Assembly: GCA_902572735.1 (NCBI GenBank)
Contig: CACGGX010000004.1
Span: 7,743-71,742 of the forward strand
From: an uncultured Alphaproteobacteria bacterium
GTDB lineage: Bacteria > Pseudomonadota > Alphaproteobacteria > HIMB59 > GCA-002718135
Length of the DNA: 64,000 nucleotides
Direction of reading: 5' to 3'
Below, one piece after another: positions 62,497-64,000 of this stretch. Position 1 is the stretch's first letter, and every line of letters begins with the position of its first letter. The notes under the pieces are model-generated. The model was not told the DNA's origin. It made no database searches and saw only the letters and a program-made list of their open reading frames with translations. The position numbers and the translations under genes were made by a program.

Positions 62497-64000
62497 TTAA
62501 TTTTCATTAACCCATACTAACATTTCATTTTCGCCTCTGTTAGACCAGCAATAATATGGAATAAACTTGAGTGATGTTTCCATCATATCAGGTTTATCTT
62601 GAATATATAAATTATCAGTATCTTTAAATTTAAAACCTTTAGTTGTTAAAGAAATAATATCTTCAGAATTTATTTTTTCATTTTTTTCATCAAGATTATT
62701 ATTTGTATTTAAAACTAATTTATTTAAGTAATTACCATTATCATGTTCTTCTAGACAATAAAGCACAGGGCCTCTAAATAAACATGCTCTTCCTACATTG
62801 TATCTTACATTGGGATTAGTTCGAACATACCTTGGTGAAAAATCAAAATGTAATTCAATAACATCATTTTTTTTCCAAATTTTATTTATTTTTGCATACC
62901 CATTAACAACTTCATAATCGACTTTAGATCCATTAAGATTAATTTGCATATTCTTGTCCCACGATGGAATTCTAAAATAAATTGTTGTTTCCTTATTAGC
63001 TGAGTCAATTATTTCAATTTTTGAATATCCTTTATGAGGAAAATCACTAGTTTGATTTAATTTTATACCTTGAGGTTTATTCATAAAATTAGTTTCTGAT
63101 GAAATATACTGATCAACCACTAATGAATCTTCAAATCCATTGTAAATATACATATCCATACTTGCAAAGAGGCGTGTGATATTTGGAGGACAACAAGAAC
63201 ACATATGATACTCGTCCCTTATTCCGTGTCTTCTTTGTTGGGAATGTAAGTAACCAGGATTACATTCTAAATAATTATCATAGAAAAATCCCTTACCATC
63301 AAGTGAAGTGCTAGCTAGTAATAAATTATACAAACTATTTTCAACAATATCACCATACTCACTATTTAATTCCATCTTAGACATTCTATTAGCAAAATAA
63401 ATTAATGCTATTGTTGCACATGTTTCTGCATAAGCCATGTCATTAGGCAAATCATAATCAAAAGTAAATCTCTCACCTATATGAGCACTTCCTACACCAC
63501 TGTGTACATACATTCTTTTATCAACAATATTTCTCCATAGAGTTTTACAAGCTTTTAACATTTGCTTATCATTATTTAATCTTGCTAAATCCGCCATGGC
63601 AGTAAACATGTACAGAGCTCTTACAGAATGACCTTCAGCTGTTTTTTGATCAACAGGTCTTTCATGAGCCTGCCAATATTGCAAATCTCTAAATGTTTTG
63701 CCTAAGAAATCTTGATCAAAAGATGCAAAATCTCTCATTGCCGAAGGCAATAATGATAAATCAATTTCACCTTCTTTTTCCATTAATTTCTTTTTTTCTT
63801 TTACGTAATAATGATCTTCGGGTTTATCGTGTGTTCCACGTTCATCAATAAAGTAAGTTGCAAGATCAAGAAATTTTTTCTTATTTGTATGTTCATAAGC
63901 TTTTACAAGTGCTAATTCAATTTCTTGATGACCAGGATAGCCTCTCATCTTACCTTCTTCTTTTCCAAATTTAGAAATAATATGGTCAACATATCTTTCC
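62497..64000 (-). CDS. GH127 (DUF1680, beta-L-arabinofuranosidase HypBA1-like) glycoside hydrolase; N-terminus lies beyond the right edge
   Basis: The track ORF starts at an internal Met (63948). Hand translation shows the frame stays open to 64000 (...ERYVDHIISKFGKEEGKMRGYPGHQEIELALVKAYEHT...). The GHQEIELAL segment, the (alpha/alpha)6-like middle and the Cys-rich CSCCPPN zinc/catalytic motif are characteristic of GH127. Confidence 0.8.
   Translation of the reverse strand, partial: ERYVDHIISKFGKEEGKMRGYPGHQEIELALVKAYEHTNKKKFLDLATYFIDERGTHDKPEDHYYVKEKKKLMEKEGEIDLSLLPSAMRDFASFDQDFLGKTFRDLQYWQAHERPVDQKTAEGHSVRALYMFTAMADLARLNNDKQMLKACKTLWRNIVDKRMYVHSGVGSAHIGERFTFDYDLPNDMAYAETCATIALIYFANRMSKMELNSEYGDIVENSLYNLLLASTSLDGKGFFYDNYLECNPGYLHSQQRRHGIRDEYHMCSCCPPNITRLFASMDMYIYNGFEDSLVVDQYISSETNFMNKPQGIKLNQTSDFPHKGYSKIEIIDSANKETTIYFRIPSWDKNMQINLNGSKVDYEVVNGYAKINKIWKKNDVIELHFDFSPRYVRTNPNVRYNVGRACLFRGPVLYCLEEHDNGNYLNKLVLNTNNNLDEKNEKINSEDIISLTTKGFKFKDTDNLYIQDKPDMMETSLKFIPYYCWSNRGENEMLVWVNEN

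Overview
The window is a 64 kb stretch of very AT-rich (by eye roughly 70% A+T), densely packed bacterial chromosome. The gene content resembles a streamlined marine, SAR11-like or other alphaproteobacterial genome, but I cannot verify taxonomy without a search. I support about 65 CDS, a few hairpin terminators, two candidate operators and several in-frame tandem repeats. I saw no rRNA, tRNA or CRISPR array.

The window falls into four blocks:
- 1-16 kb: membrane, transport and small-protein genes. These include a bactofilin, an AlkB-like hydroxylase coupled to a NavBac-type channel, DMT and MFS transporters, a GMC oxidoreductase, a MacAB-type efflux pump and two secreted polysaccharide-lyase-fold paralogs.
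- 16-37 kb: an accessory-looking stretch dominated by secreted and envelope proteins, ending at a Sir2 deacylase and a tyrosine integrase.
- 38.5-46.7 kb: a cyclic-nucleotide and ion-channel cluster with two class III cyclases, a Kv-like channel and an MscS channel carrying a cNMP-binding domain.
- 46.7-64 kb: a glycan / L-arabinose utilisation locus with GH2, GH51, GH127, an SGNH esterase, a LacI regulator, ABC importer parts, a DapA-family enzyme and dehydrogenases.

The best candidate for a previously undescribed system is an 11.4 kb, six-gene, translationally coupled operon at 19432-30790. It encodes:
- a secreted protein with a degenerate vWA-like core;
- a 4-TM membrane protein;
- a tubulin/FtsZ-like GTPase (T1 GIGGTGSK, T4 FGGTGASG);
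- a 1151-aa protein whose C-terminal half has the full ordered Hsp70/actin-fold motif set;
- two paralogous bitopic proteins with long extracytoplasmic E/K/R helical rods and a shared cytoplasmic C-terminal domain.

All functional calls come from motif recognition by eye. No database search or structure prediction was run.
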